Source: Promethearchaeota archaeon Loki_b32 (GTDB lineage Archaea > Asgardarchaeota > Lokiarchaeia > Sigyniarchaeales > SOKP01). From it: DNA of 64,000 bases. The notes below the pieces were generated by a model. It searched no databases. It was not told the origin of the DNA and was given only the letters and a program-made list of their open reading frames with translations. The stretch is from contig NJBH01000004.1 of NCBI GenBank assembly GCA_005223125.1, positions 32,001-96,000 on the forward strand, in the 5' to 3' direction. The position numbers and the translations under genes were made by a program. Below, in pieces: positions 50,635 to 60,538 of this stretch. Position 1 is the first letter of the stretch, and the number at the start of each line of letters is the position of its first letter.

Positions 50635-51273
50635 TTAATTTTTACTAAGGTTTAAGGTATCAATTCGATGGTTAATTTCATTGACGACATTTTGTAATTT
50701 TTCGATTATTTTTGATAACACTCCCTTTCTTTTTGAAAGGATTTTTAGTTTTTCATCATCTGTTTTTCCAATTAAACTTGTATCTTCAATTAATTCAGGT
50801 CCAAATAAGCTTTCAAAATCATTTGGGATATTCGTATCAGTTATTCCTATAGTTGACATTATCATTGAAAGAAGTGATTTTCGCATGTTTTGTTGTCTTT
50901 CAATAAGTTTTTTCAACGTTTTTTTGCCTTTCTCTGTAATTTCATAAACCTTTCGTTCCCGTTTTCCATCCATTTTAGTTGTAAATTGAATTAATTCTTT
51001 ATCTGTTAATGATGATAGATGCGGGTATAATGAAGAGGCAGTTGGGTTCCATACACCATATGTATCTTCCTTAATTGTCTGCATTAAACTATAACCGTGA
51101 GAGGGGCTTTTTTCTAATGCTAATAATATTAATGTACTAATATGACCTTTCTTCATGGATTGTTCAATAGCATCAGCAATCACATCAATTTTTTCTGAAT
51201 TTTTTACATTTTGGTTGTTATTAGTCGGAGTCATGTGAAAGATACCATAAAAAATAAAATGATCAAATATCAA
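50635..51273 (-). CDS. PadR family transcriptional regulator (true start probably downstream, MTPTN)
   Basis: SHGYSL..SLYPHLSSL..RKVYEITEKGK. Confidence 0.88.
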   Translation of the reverse strand: MIFDHFIFYGIFHMTPTNNNQNVKNSEKIDVIADAIEQSMKKGHISTLILLALEKSPSHGYSLMQTIKEDTYGVWNPTASSLYPHLSSLTDKELIQFTTKMDGKRERKVYEITEKGKKTLKKLIERQQNMRKSLLSMIMSTIGITDTNIPNDFESLFGPELIEDTSLIGKTDDEKLKILSKRKGVLSKIIEKLQNVVNEINHRIDTLNLSKN

Positions 51274-51450
51274 TTATAGATATATCAAAATACATAATAA
51301 ATATTTATTTTCTATAATAATAGAGTTAAAATAAAGTTAAAATTTTGAAGAATTTACTGATCTTGTTTTCTTTTTCTCAATGTTATCCATAAAAAGAATC
51401 CCGATATTTTCAGGCGCAATTTCTCCTGCGGGATAAAACCATAAAATAAA

Positions 51451-51573
51451 TTAAAATAGATCCTTATACTTTTCTTTGATTTTTTTCAGAAGATCTTTTA
51501 TTTTCTTCTCATCCATTTCAGAAAGTTTTTCTCTTATCTTATGAATTTCCTCTAAAGATTTTTCTTCTTTTAA
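51451..51573 (-). CDS. small charged ORF overlapping PIN stop (putative antitoxin; start unclear)
   Basis: KEEKSLEEIHKIREKLSEMDEKKIKDLLKKIKEKYKDLF*; conserved in the duplicate at 35063-35180. Confidence 0.45.
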   Translation of the reverse strand, partial: LKEEKSLEEIHKIREKLSEMDEKKIKDLLKKIKEKYKDLF

Positions 51574-52082
51574 TAAACCATTTCCTCTGGAGTACAAATA
51601 ATCACATCCTTTTCTTTTAATTTTTCATTAATAGCTTTTACTTGAAATTTAGTTTTGAATTTAACTATGTGGGTTAAATTCCAACTAACTATTGCATCCA
51701 TTTTATATTTAGTTGCGATAGCAATATGGAGGGCATCATTATAGTATTTTTTTGGAATAATCCCCTCATCTACATAAACTTTTGCTAAGTTTTCTACCTG
51801 TTCTGAACTTTCTAAAGCTCTCATTTTATATTCATTAATAACATTTGATAACAATTCTTTTTTTTGCTCTGTCGCTTGTTCAATTTCCAATAACACAATA
51901 TCAGAAATAAACACTTCATACTCATTTATTACATTAAAAAACTCCTGTGTAATTTTCATTTTCTCTGGGGCATCTTCAGCAAATAGAAAATTTATAACTG
52001 AAGTTTCTAAATATATTTTCATAGTTATCTCTTGCTGTGTTTCAATTATTATATCTTCTATTAAGTTTATATATTCTTCCAT
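51570..52082 (-). CDS. PIN-domain protein (likely start MKIYLETSV)
   Basis: IYLETSVI, VLLEI, NDALHIAIA, SWNLTHI, ICTPEE. Confidence 0.85.
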   Translation of the reverse strand: MEEYINLIEDIIIETQQEITMKIYLETSVINFLFAEDAPEKMKITQEFFNVINEYEVFISDIVLLEIEQATEQKKELLSNVINEYKMRALESSEQVENLAKVYVDEGIIPKKYYNDALHIAIATKYKMDAIVSWNLTHIVKFKTKFQVKAINEKLKEKDVIICTPEEMVY

Positions 52083-52320
52083 TCATTCTTTTAATTAAAG
52101 ATCCTATTAATTTAATGAAATAAATTTGAAAAAATTGTATAGATAGAAAAATACGCTCAATAAAAGATTGATATTAACTGCGTCGAATATTATAATTTTA
52201 GATTGTGTAGCAGATTCATATTTTATGGGTAATAATGGTTTTTTCCTGAAAATATATCCTTCCACACTTACTTTTTTTATTAAAGTTAATAAAAAAAAGA
52301 GATATTCAAATTAGATAGAA

Positions 52321-53061
52321 TTACTCAATAGGTCGAAATTCTTCTTTCATAAATAATATCAACGAAAGAGGGATGATCCAGACTAATATAGAGAAGAGTA
52401 ATAGCCATTCTAAGAGCGGGGTACTATCTATTAGATTTATAATAGCTACTGTTAATGGTCCAAGTATTCCATAGATACCAAGAAACTTTGGAATCTTAGT
52501 ATTATATAAAACTATCAACCAACCCATAAAGAATGCGCCAAGGGTAAATCCTCCAAAGGCCAAATATGACATAATACCATGTGGTCCTTGTCCTAGAACA
52601 GATAAATTTTCAAAATCACGATCCGCACTAAAGATTCCTACTCCGATATACCCAAAGTTTCCGATGATACTGAATAAGAAAGCATAACTACTTAAACGAA
52701 AACGCAGTCGTGAGAAATGTTCCCCTGTTGATTGAGTTCTCTTATGAAAAGGAGCGAGTAAATTTTCCATATAAAATGTTAGTGGTATAGTCATAGAGCC
52801 TGCTATGATACAAGCAATATCATATAAAAACGGAACTGGAGTGTGATTAAGTGACCCAAGATCAGAAATCCAGTTACTCCAAATAGTATAACCATCAGGA
52901 TCAAAAATTGCTGCTACGACAACTCCAATTATAAGCAATAAGACATACCCAATCATAACTATAAATGCACAATGTTTCACAATATTGAAATTGGTTACGA
53001 TTTTGTAAAATTTAGCTCTTGCCTTATTTATAGATTGACGTATTGACATAATGAATTTCAT
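52321..53061 (-). CDS. DUF998-like membrane protein
   Basis: YTIWSNWISDLG, GVGIFS, several TM helices. Confidence 0.6.
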   Translation of the reverse strand: MKFIMSIRQSINKARAKFYKIVTNFNIVKHCAFIVMIGYVLLLIIGVVVAAIFDPDGYTIWSNWISDLGSLNHTPVPFLYDIACIIAGSMTIPLTFYMENLLAPFHKRTQSTGEHFSRLRFRLSSYAFLFSIIGNFGYIGVGIFSADRDFENLSVLGQGPHGIMSYLAFGGFTLGAFFMGWLIVLYNTKIPKFLGIYGILGPLTVAIINLIDSTPLLEWLLLFSILVWIIPLSLILFMKEEFRPIE

Positions 53062-53231
53062 ACTTTATTTATTTTAAATATATTGAATGGATAATTTCAT
53101 TACTATAGAAAAAATATAATATTTAGTTTACTAATGTTATATTTGGATAATATTTTTATATTGTTATGATGTAATTTGATAATAATTATAGAATAAATTT
53201 ATAATTTCGAAAATAATTAGAGTCTTATCAA

Positions 53232-54827
53232 ATGCAGAAAATTAAGATTCAGCCGATAGAAATTTACCAAAAGAGCCAAGAATTTGGTTTAAAAACATCA
53301 GCAAATATGTTAACAGAAATAATAGAAACAGCTAAAGATGATAAAATAAGAAAGGACGCAATTAAATATCTCACGATGATATGTATCAACTCAAATGCCT
53401 TAAAAGAGGATTACTATGAAACTTTTGAAAGCCTTCTTATATCAGATGATACAATTGAAATTAAATGTGAGGCCGCCAAAGCATTAGGCAAAATTAAGTA
53501 CGAAAAAGCATTGAAACCATTAAAATGGGTATTGGAACAAGATCCTACCGATTATAATATCAGAATCTCAGCACTAAAAGCCATACATAAAACTCGTTTT
53601 GAGGAACCAGAGATAAGACTTTTTATAGATGAGTTAGATAGTACATATAATTCCATCAAAGATTATGTTTCAATTCAATTATTAAGTTTACCACCCAAAA
53701 AACTTATAGAAATTTTATTAGATTCATTAAAAAATAAAGGTTTTTCAAATATACATAAAGTAGAGTTTATAAAATTAATTGGATATGAGTTATCAAGCAT
53801 TAATGTCTCTTTTGAGGATATTAGTTATATAAAAGTGAAATATCCTGAAATTTTATCTAATTTAATTCAAAATAAAATCATTTTATTAGAAACTATCACC
53901 CAAATTTTAAAACAAGAAGATTCCAGTTTAATGGACTCTATTATTATAATTTTAAAAATATTAGGAAAGGAGATCGAAAAGGATATTACCAAATTATTAT
54001 TAATTGATGATTTTATTGTAAAGAAAAATGCTGTTGTGTTATGTGGAAAATTAAAATTCAATGATGCCGTAGATTTTTTAATTACTAACTTAGATAATAT
54101 TTATAATGAAGTAAGTATAGCTGCAATTGAAGCTTTGGGGGAGATCGGAGATTTATCAGCAGTACCAGAACTATTAGATATCTTAGATATTGAGGATGTG
54201 AGTTTTGAATATACAGACTTGGATATGAAGCTTTATATTTTAGATGCGATAAAAAAAATATATACCAATAATGCTGATGCTTCATTTGACTATCTGTATT
54301 CATCTTTAGCTAGAGATAATAATACTATAAGAGAAAGCGTTGCCTTCATTTTGGGTGAACTAGGGAAGGATAAATCCATTAAACCATTAGTAAAATTATT
54401 AGAAGTGAGGAATATTGATGTAAAGAAAAATACCATTATTGCTTTAGGAAAAATTGGCAATATCCAATCTTTAGAGCATTTACTTAAGATTTTAAGAGAT
54501 GAAAATGCTTATTGGCTTATAAAAAAAGTTATTGTTGACGCTATTTATAATATATATCAAAATAATTGGTATAGAGTCAAAGATGATAAACAAGAGATAG
54601 CAAGATTATTAAATAAAAATTTAGCAATTCTAACAGATCATTTGAGAACTCAAGAAGATGAAAATTATAAGGTAAAACTTAGTTTAATTAAGTTATTAGA
54701 GAATTATGGCGGAGAACAAACCTTAAGTGCTTTAATTAAAAGGGTTAATGATTTCCACAGAGTTGTTCGAATTTATGCCTCAAATGCGATTAAGAAAATT
54801 GAAGAAAGGCTCGAATTAGAAAATTAA
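53232..54827 (+). CDS. HEAT-repeat (PBS lyase-like) protein
   Basis: Repeated AAKALGKI / AIEALGEIGD / IALGKIG. Confidence 0.85.
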   Translation: MQKIKIQPIEIYQKSQEFGLKTSANMLTEIIETAKDDKIRKDAIKYLTMICINSNALKEDYYETFESLLISDDTIEIKCEAAKALGKIKYEKALKPLKWVLEQDPTDYNIRISALKAIHKTRFEEPEIRLFIDELDSTYNSIKDYVSIQLLSLPPKKLIEILLDSLKNKGFSNIHKVEFIKLIGYELSSINVSFEDISYIKVKYPEILSNLIQNKIILLETITQILKQEDSSLMDSIIIILKILGKEIEKDITKLLLIDDFIVKKNAVVLCGKLKFNDAVDFLITNLDNIYNEVSIAAIEALGEIGDLSAVPELLDILDIEDVSFEYTDLDMKLYILDAIKKIYTNNADASFDYLYSSLARDNNTIRESVAFILGELGKDKSIKPLVKLLEVRNIDVKKNTIIALGKIGNIQSLEHLLKILRDENAYWLIKKVIVDAIYNIYQNNWYRVKDDKQEIARLLNKNLAILTDHLRTQEDENYKVKLSLIKLLENYGGEQTLSALIKRVNDFHRVVRIYASNAIKKIEERLELEN

Positions 54828-55026
54828 TACTGTTTTTACTGACTTTTATAATTATTTGTAACTTACTCTTCCAAAAGTGTCTATTTTTAATCTCTATTTA
54901 TACTAGAAGCAAATACAATACTTCAAAAAGATATCATATTTAAATAGGATTATTGATACATTCATTTAATTTCTCACATAAGTTTACAAGAAATTAAAAT
55001 ATTGAAAATAATCTAAAGGTGATTTT

Positions 55027-55677
55027 ATAATAAAAAAATTTAATAAAAAAATATCGATTTTTGCAATTATTTTGCTTAGCGTAGTCATATTCGTTTCCAG
55101 TTTTCCATTAAATGTAGCAGGTGCTTATTTAGTGAATGCCGGTGACGAATAGACGTATATGACAAAAGAACAAGGCATTTCTCAAGGCACCGAAGGAATA
55201 AAATTAACTTCCGTACCCGCTCCTCCAGATTATCCGCTTGGAACAATGTATATTAACGGTACAGAATCCTCCATCAATCAAACGATAGATGAAGAATATT
55301 TAGTAAATGGGACTCTGATAGCCGCGTTGGAAGCAAATTACACTATAAAAACTAGAAGTTATGGTGGTATATCTTGTAGATGTGTTTATATTACATCAGA
55401 TTTTGGATATTTGTATGTTGATACTGCAACAGGAATTGTAGTAGAGATTTACGCCGTTTACACTCTTTTATTTGTTGAGGAGCAAATTAAGGTTCATACA
55501 TGGGTTATCTCGTGGTCAATTACAGACATTCCAGAAGATCCAAAAGAACCCTCTACTGGTGGTGGTGATGAAATTCCAGGATATGATATTTTATTCATTA
55601 TCGGAATAATAGCTGTTATTTCAACTGTATTAACAATAGGATTTAAAAAAAAGTTTAAAACTCAAAAAATTAGATAA
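55027..55677 (+). pseudogene. secreted Loki-CTERM protein interrupted by TAG at 55150-55152
   Basis: In-frame upstream signal peptide KKFNKKISIFAIILLSVVIFVSSFPLNVAGAY..GDE*TY; C-terminal IPGYDILFIIGIIAVISTVLTIGFKKK sorting signal. Confidence 0.7.
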
Positions 55678-55864
55678 CGATCTTACCGATTAAGGTACAA
55701 TTAGATTTAATGGGGGATTTTTAATTCCTTCCTTTTTTTTGACTAAAATTTCAAAAAACAGATTTCGTTATCTTTTAATTAATAATCTTTTTTTTACAAA
55801 ACCTATTTTATTTACTTGAACTTTCAAATATTTAATAATCAATTTAGAGTTTCAATACAAAATC

Positions 55865-57358
55865 ATGACCGAAGAGAAAACTGATCAAACAGAAACTCCA
55901 TATGAATACTCTTTTGAATACATTCAGAAAAAGCTTCAAGGCTCGAAAGATTCGTTCGGCATGCTGATGAAAGAGATCGTACGTACAGGAATATGTACTG
56001 AGTGCGGAACATGTGCAGCAGTTTGTGCTGTTCTAGAATGGGATGATCTGGTAGGACAACCAAAATTAATAGGAAAATGCACAGGGTGTGGTATTTGTTA
56101 TAATCAATGTCCAAGAACTATAACAGATCCTTATCAACTCATGGGAGAGTTTAAAACGGGATATGTAGCAAATACGAACATCCCAGAAGTAATTGGAGGT
56201 CAGGATGGTGGAACTGTAACAAGTCTACTCTGTTATTTATTTGATGAGCATTTAATAGATGCTGCTGTAGTCACAATGCGAGATCCCAATAAACCATGGC
56301 ATCCAGTAGCTCAAATTATAACAAGTAAAGATGATGCTATTAAATCTTCAGGTTCTATTTATTGTCATTCTCAAACTGTTGAGGCATTAATGGACGCTGT
56401 TAGGGAGGATTTCAGATCAATTGCATTCGTGGGTACTCCATGTAATATAGATGCTGTTTCTAAAATGTTCGACAGCCCTACTGGAATGTTAAAGTATTTC
56501 ATGCGATGTCATGTCTTAAAGATTGGATTATTTTGTATGGATTCATTTGCTCCGGAAGCGATATATCCATTTTTCGAGAAAGAAGGGATTGATTTATCAA
56601 AAGTACAAAAGATGGACATAAACAAAGGGAAATTTCACATTTTTTATGATCCACAAGGAGAACCTGTTAAATCATATACGATTAAGCAATTAGATAAGTT
56701 TAAATCCTCAAGTTGTAGTTTTTGTACAGACCTAGGTGCTGAAAATGCAGATATTTCTGTTGGCTCAGTTGGAAGTGGGGCAAATAAGAATACGGTCTTT
56801 GCTAGAACTGGTATTGGGGCCGAAATTATGGAAGATGCTGCTGAAAAAGGATATCTTAAAATCGAACCATTTAATGCTATTAATTTAAATGCTGTCTTGT
56901 TCTTAGCAAAACTTAAAAAAGTATCCCAATATACTGTACGGAAACGGAAAGTATTTATTGTTAGAGATGCTGCTGTTAAAGAAGAAAAAGCAAGAATAGA
57001 AACAAAACCAGAAGTAGAACAAGTAGATGTAAAACCTCCTCTAGGTACAAGAAAATTCCTCAGGGTTTCAAAAGATTTAAATGAAGAAAACAGAATTCTG
57101 AACGTTTCATTGACAAATACCATAGGTTATGTTTTAGAGGATATGAAAATAAGAATTGTAACTGTTGAAGAACTTTTTGAAAAAAAACCTTGGATAACAA
57201 CTATCACGGAATTATTTCCTTTTGAAACTATTGAAATAGGGTATCCTTTGGATGGTGAAGCTGGTGAACCTAATAAAGCTAACGTATTAGTTGAAGCTTC
57301 AACAGAAGCGTTTGGAAAAATCTTTTCCAGAACACTAAAAGTAGCACCAAAAGAATAA
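55865..57358 (+). CDS. FrhB family protein with ferredoxin and extra C-terminal beta-sandwich domain
   Basis: CTECGTCAAVC, QDGGTVT, VGTPCN, GLFCMDSF, ADISVGSVG; ~110-aa C-terminal extension. Confidence 0.85.
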   Translation: MTEEKTDQTETPYEYSFEYIQKKLQGSKDSFGMLMKEIVRTGICTECGTCAAVCAVLEWDDLVGQPKLIGKCTGCGICYNQCPRTITDPYQLMGEFKTGYVANTNIPEVIGGQDGGTVTSLLCYLFDEHLIDAAVVTMRDPNKPWHPVAQIITSKDDAIKSSGSIYCHSQTVEALMDAVREDFRSIAFVGTPCNIDAVSKMFDSPTGMLKYFMRCHVLKIGLFCMDSFAPEAIYPFFEKEGIDLSKVQKMDINKGKFHIFYDPQGEPVKSYTIKQLDKFKSSSCSFCTDLGAENADISVGSVGSGANKNTVFARTGIGAEIMEDAAEKGYLKIEPFNAINLNAVLFLAKLKKVSQYTVRKRKVFIVRDAAVKEEKARIETKPEVEQVDVKPPLGTRKFLRVSKDLNEENRILNVSLTNTIGYVLEDMKIRIVTVEELFEKKPWITTITELFPFETIEIGYPLDGEAGEPNKANVLVEASTEAFGKIFSRTLKVAPKE

Positions 57359-57451
57359 CAATCTAAATTATATTTTATTAAAAAAGTTAAAAGAAATGTA
57401 AAATTAAAAAAAAATATTAATAACTGAAAAGCAAAAAAGGTGAAATGTTAG

Positions 57452-58360
57452 TTGAAAATCGCTTTGATCGGATTAAGCGGCTGTGGTAAGACAAGCGTAT
57501 ATTCTGTTGCTTTTGCTGCTAAAAAGCCAGAAGAAACAAAAGGTTTAGCACCAACAATTCTTTATGAAACAAGGAGACACCCATTTTTAGGTTTACAAGT
57601 AGGTATCTTTGATTTCGGTGGACAGGAAGAGTTCCGTAAAGAATACATGGAAAAACCGGAAATTTTTCGAGGAACAGACATTCTTATCCCTATAGTTGAT
57701 TTGCACGATCCAAATTCCTATGAAGAAGCAAAAAAATATTTTATCGACCTATTAGATCTATATCGAAGGAATAATGAAAAACCCAAGATATTCTTATTTC
57801 TCCATAAATGGGACGTTGAGGATTATCAGAAAGAGCTCTTGGATACCAATGTCAAAAATGCAAAAGAAATTTTTTTGGAAATGTTTAAAGATTACGATTT
57901 TGATTACATGCTTACAAGTATTTATGAAGAAGACAAATTAGCAAAAGTTTTCAGAGATATTTTGATTTCTGAGTATGCGGATCTAAAAGCTCATGTAGAA
58001 AAAGCAGAAAAGCAACTTGATGAAATTAAAGCTAAAGTAATTATTGCTGATATTTCTGGAAATGTAATAGTTCATAATGTCCAAGGAGTTAGTAGTGGTT
58101 TAACATTACGAGGAGACTTAAGAGATTTCATCAATGCATGTAATACTGTTAGGGAAAACATCTTTATGTCTGACTCTGCAAAGTTTGGTGGGCGAGACGG
58201 AGATGGTAAGGAAATTGAGTTACATATCTTTAAATACATCATTTCTGTGTTGGTAATGAAGCAGGGAGAACTAAGCAGAGAGTCTCAAGATAAATTGAAC
58301 ATGCTACTTAATGACATGAAGCTTTTTGCAGATTTGATTATATCCGCACATACGGATTAA
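57452..58360 (+). CDS. Rag/Gtr-like small GTPase with C-terminal (roadblock/longin-like?) domain
   Basis: G1 GLSGCGKTS, G2 PT, G3 DFGGQ, G4 HKWD, G5 TSIY. Confidence 0.85.
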   Translation: MKIALIGLSGCGKTSVYSVAFAAKKPEETKGLAPTILYETRRHPFLGLQVGIFDFGGQEEFRKEYMEKPEIFRGTDILIPIVDLHDPNSYEEAKKYFIDLLDLYRRNNEKPKIFLFLHKWDVEDYQKELLDTNVKNAKEIFLEMFKDYDFDYMLTSIYEEDKLAKVFRDILISEYADLKAHVEKAEKQLDEIKAKVIIADISGNVIVHNVQGVSSGLTLRGDLRDFINACNTVRENIFMSDSAKFGGRDGDGKEIELHIFKYIISVLVMKQGELSRESQDKLNMLLNDMKLFADLIISAHTD

Positions 58361-58497
58361 TCTTTAAAATAATAACAAATATTATTTTCTTCATATCTTT
58401 TTTTCATTTCAAGAATTAATAAAAAAAAACCTTTGCCTATTAATTATGAAATTTTTAGAACAAAGATTTTATTTGATATATCCAATTAATAAATAAA

Positions 58498-59070
58498 ATG
58501 GTAAAAAGGTGTACGTGGGCTTCTAACGATCCACAGATGATAGAATATCATGATAAAGAGTGGAGTACTCCTGTTCATGATGAACAACTTCTTTTTGAAT
58601 TTTTAATATTAGAAGGTGCTCAAGCGGGGTTAAGTTGGAGTACTATTTTACATAAACGTGAGAATTTCCGAAAAGCATTTAATAATTTCGATTATAATAA
58701 GATTTCAAAATACACCGAACAACAAATTGAAGTTCTGATGAATAATAAAGGAATCATAAGAAATAGACGTAAAATCGAAGCTGTGATTGCTAATGCTAAA
58801 GCATTCTTACAGGTACAAAAAGAGTTTGGTTCTTTTGATAAATTTATTTGGAAATTTGTGAATTATAAAACAGTTGATAATAAGTTTAAAGAACTTTCAG
58901 AACTACCCTCTAAAACTGAGCAATCTGAACAAATGAGTAAAGATTTGAAGAAAAGAGGATTTAAATTTATAGGTCCTACAATTTGCTATGCTTTTATGCA
59001 AGCGGTTGGTATGGTAAATGATCACGTACAAGATTGTTTTAGATATGATGAAATCAATAACATTTCTTAA
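58498..59070 (+). CDS. tag: DNA-3-methyladenine glycosylase I
   Basis: RCTWA, YHDKEW, LEGAQAGLSW, MQAVGMVNDH..C. Confidence 0.95.
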   Translation: MVKRCTWASNDPQMIEYHDKEWSTPVHDEQLLFEFLILEGAQAGLSWSTILHKRENFRKAFNNFDYNKISKYTEQQIEVLMNNKGIIRNRRKIEAVIANAKAFLQVQKEFGSFDKFIWKFVNYKTVDNKFKELSELPSKTEQSEQMSKDLKKRGFKFIGPTICYAFMQAVGMVNDHVQDCFRYDEINNIS

Positions 59071-59410
59071 TACGTTTATCTAGTGCTAATAATATATAAT
59101 TGAATGTATTTATTAAACACAGATATTATTAGCGGGAATAGTGATTATATCTCTACTTAAGAGTTTAAAAATAATAAGGTTAAAAATAAATTATGTCATA
59201 TATAAAAGCCTTATATATTTGATTATAGAATAATTATTATTGCTTTTAGGGATATCATTCATTAAATTTTTATCAAAGAAAAGTATAATAGATTTTGTAT
59301 TTAATCTTAACTTTTATATAATAAATTTTGATGTAAAATTTTGGACAAAGGTTTATTGAGAATTTAATAGTAAAATTTTTATTCTTTTGTAAGAGAATGT
59401 ATGATGAATA

Positions 59411-59584
59411 ATGAGGTGCGAAGGATGCCTTCATCAAGAAAATTTGTACATGTGCTTCTTTACTGATAAAAACAAAGAGGTGTATTTATGTGCCAAATGT
59501 CTTGGTAAGAGGTTATTAGAGGAGCCTCCACCACCAATATATAATATGAGCAAACTTGCTTATACTTGGAAAAAGACTGACTAA
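59411..59584 (+). CDS. small Zn-finger protein (57 aa), not in ORF track
   Basis: MRCEGCLHQENLYMCFFTDKNKEVYLCAKCLGKRLLEEPPPPIYNMSKLAYTWKKTD*; CxxC..CxxC. Confidence 0.6.
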   Translation: MRCEGCLHQENLYMCFFTDKNKEVYLCAKCLGKRLLEEPPPPIYNMSKLAYTWKKTD

Positions 59585-59589
59585 TTTTT

Positions 59590-60306
59590 TTAAAGTAATT
59601 GTTTTAGATCCTCGAGTGTACCCCGATAATCAGGTTCAGGTATGTCGATCCCTAATTTAGTATTACGGCTATTTATTAGGAAAGTATGGATTCCTAAACG
59701 TTTTGAGACTAAATCCTTATCTTCATCCCCTACCATCAGACATGCTTCTGCAGGATACCCTATCTTACCTAAAATCTGCTCATAATAAAGTAAGTGAGTT
59801 AAGGATTTAGTAGCATGGCTATTTTCGATTGTTGTAATTAAACGATAGGGAAAGTCGGCAACCCCTGCCCATTCCAGGCGTTGTTCTATAGCTGTTGCTG
59901 GAAGGAGAGGTGTTGTAGCTATTACTACATCATAACCTTTATCGAAAACAGATTGAACTACAGACCTTGTTTCAGGTTTTTTTTTAGTATATTGGCGTAG
60001 CGCTGAAAAATCTTGCTCATAGAATTTATCAATAAACGGTTGAATTTCTTCACGAGTATACCCTTCTAAGGGAAAACATATTTCGGTATAAATATCATCA
60101 TTTGTATTTGTTCCATTATTTTCTTCGACAGCTTTCGAAGCCATCATGATTTTGGATATAAACTTCTTAGGTGTAATTATATGAGCCACACTTTGTGCTA
60201 ATAAATTTAAGTATTGTGGAATAAATTTATCTAAATTAACATCTAACAATGTTCCATCTAGATCGAATAGTATAGCTTTGATTTTACCATCAATTTTATC
60301 TTTCAT
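59590..60306 (-). CDS. HAD superfamily hydrolase
   Basis: FDLDGTL, ATTP, MVGD. Confidence 0.9.
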   Translation of the reverse strand: MKDKIDGKIKAILFDLDGTLLDVNLDKFIPQYLNLLAQSVAHIITPKKFISKIMMASKAVEENNGTNTNDDIYTEICFPLEGYTREEIQPFIDKFYEQDFSALRQYTKKKPETRSVVQSVFDKGYDVVIATTPLLPATAIEQRLEWAGVADFPYRLITTIENSHATKSLTHLLYYEQILGKIGYPAEACLMVGDEDKDLVSKRLGIHTFLINSRNTKLGIDIPEPDYRGTLEDLKQLL

Positions 60307-60538
60307 TGCACAGATTCATTATGATATTTAATCTTAAATAGTATAATTAAAAGTGATTCAAATTATTTACCTTTTAGATTCTTAATATTGACAAAAAAAT
60401 TGACATTCTTGAACAAAGAATCATCTATTAAAAGAGAGAATGGTTATTTCCATATTTCTTATTTAATAATAAAAAGTTTTTATAAAATTCTATCTTTTTA
60501 TAAAATTAATATAATAAATATCATGATATCTGTTTGGT

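Noticed and set aside
55150-55152. TAG as pyrrolysine or a genome-wide alternative code
   Set aside because: Single case, best explained as TGG to TAG; TAA, TAG and TGA all terminate normal genes in this window
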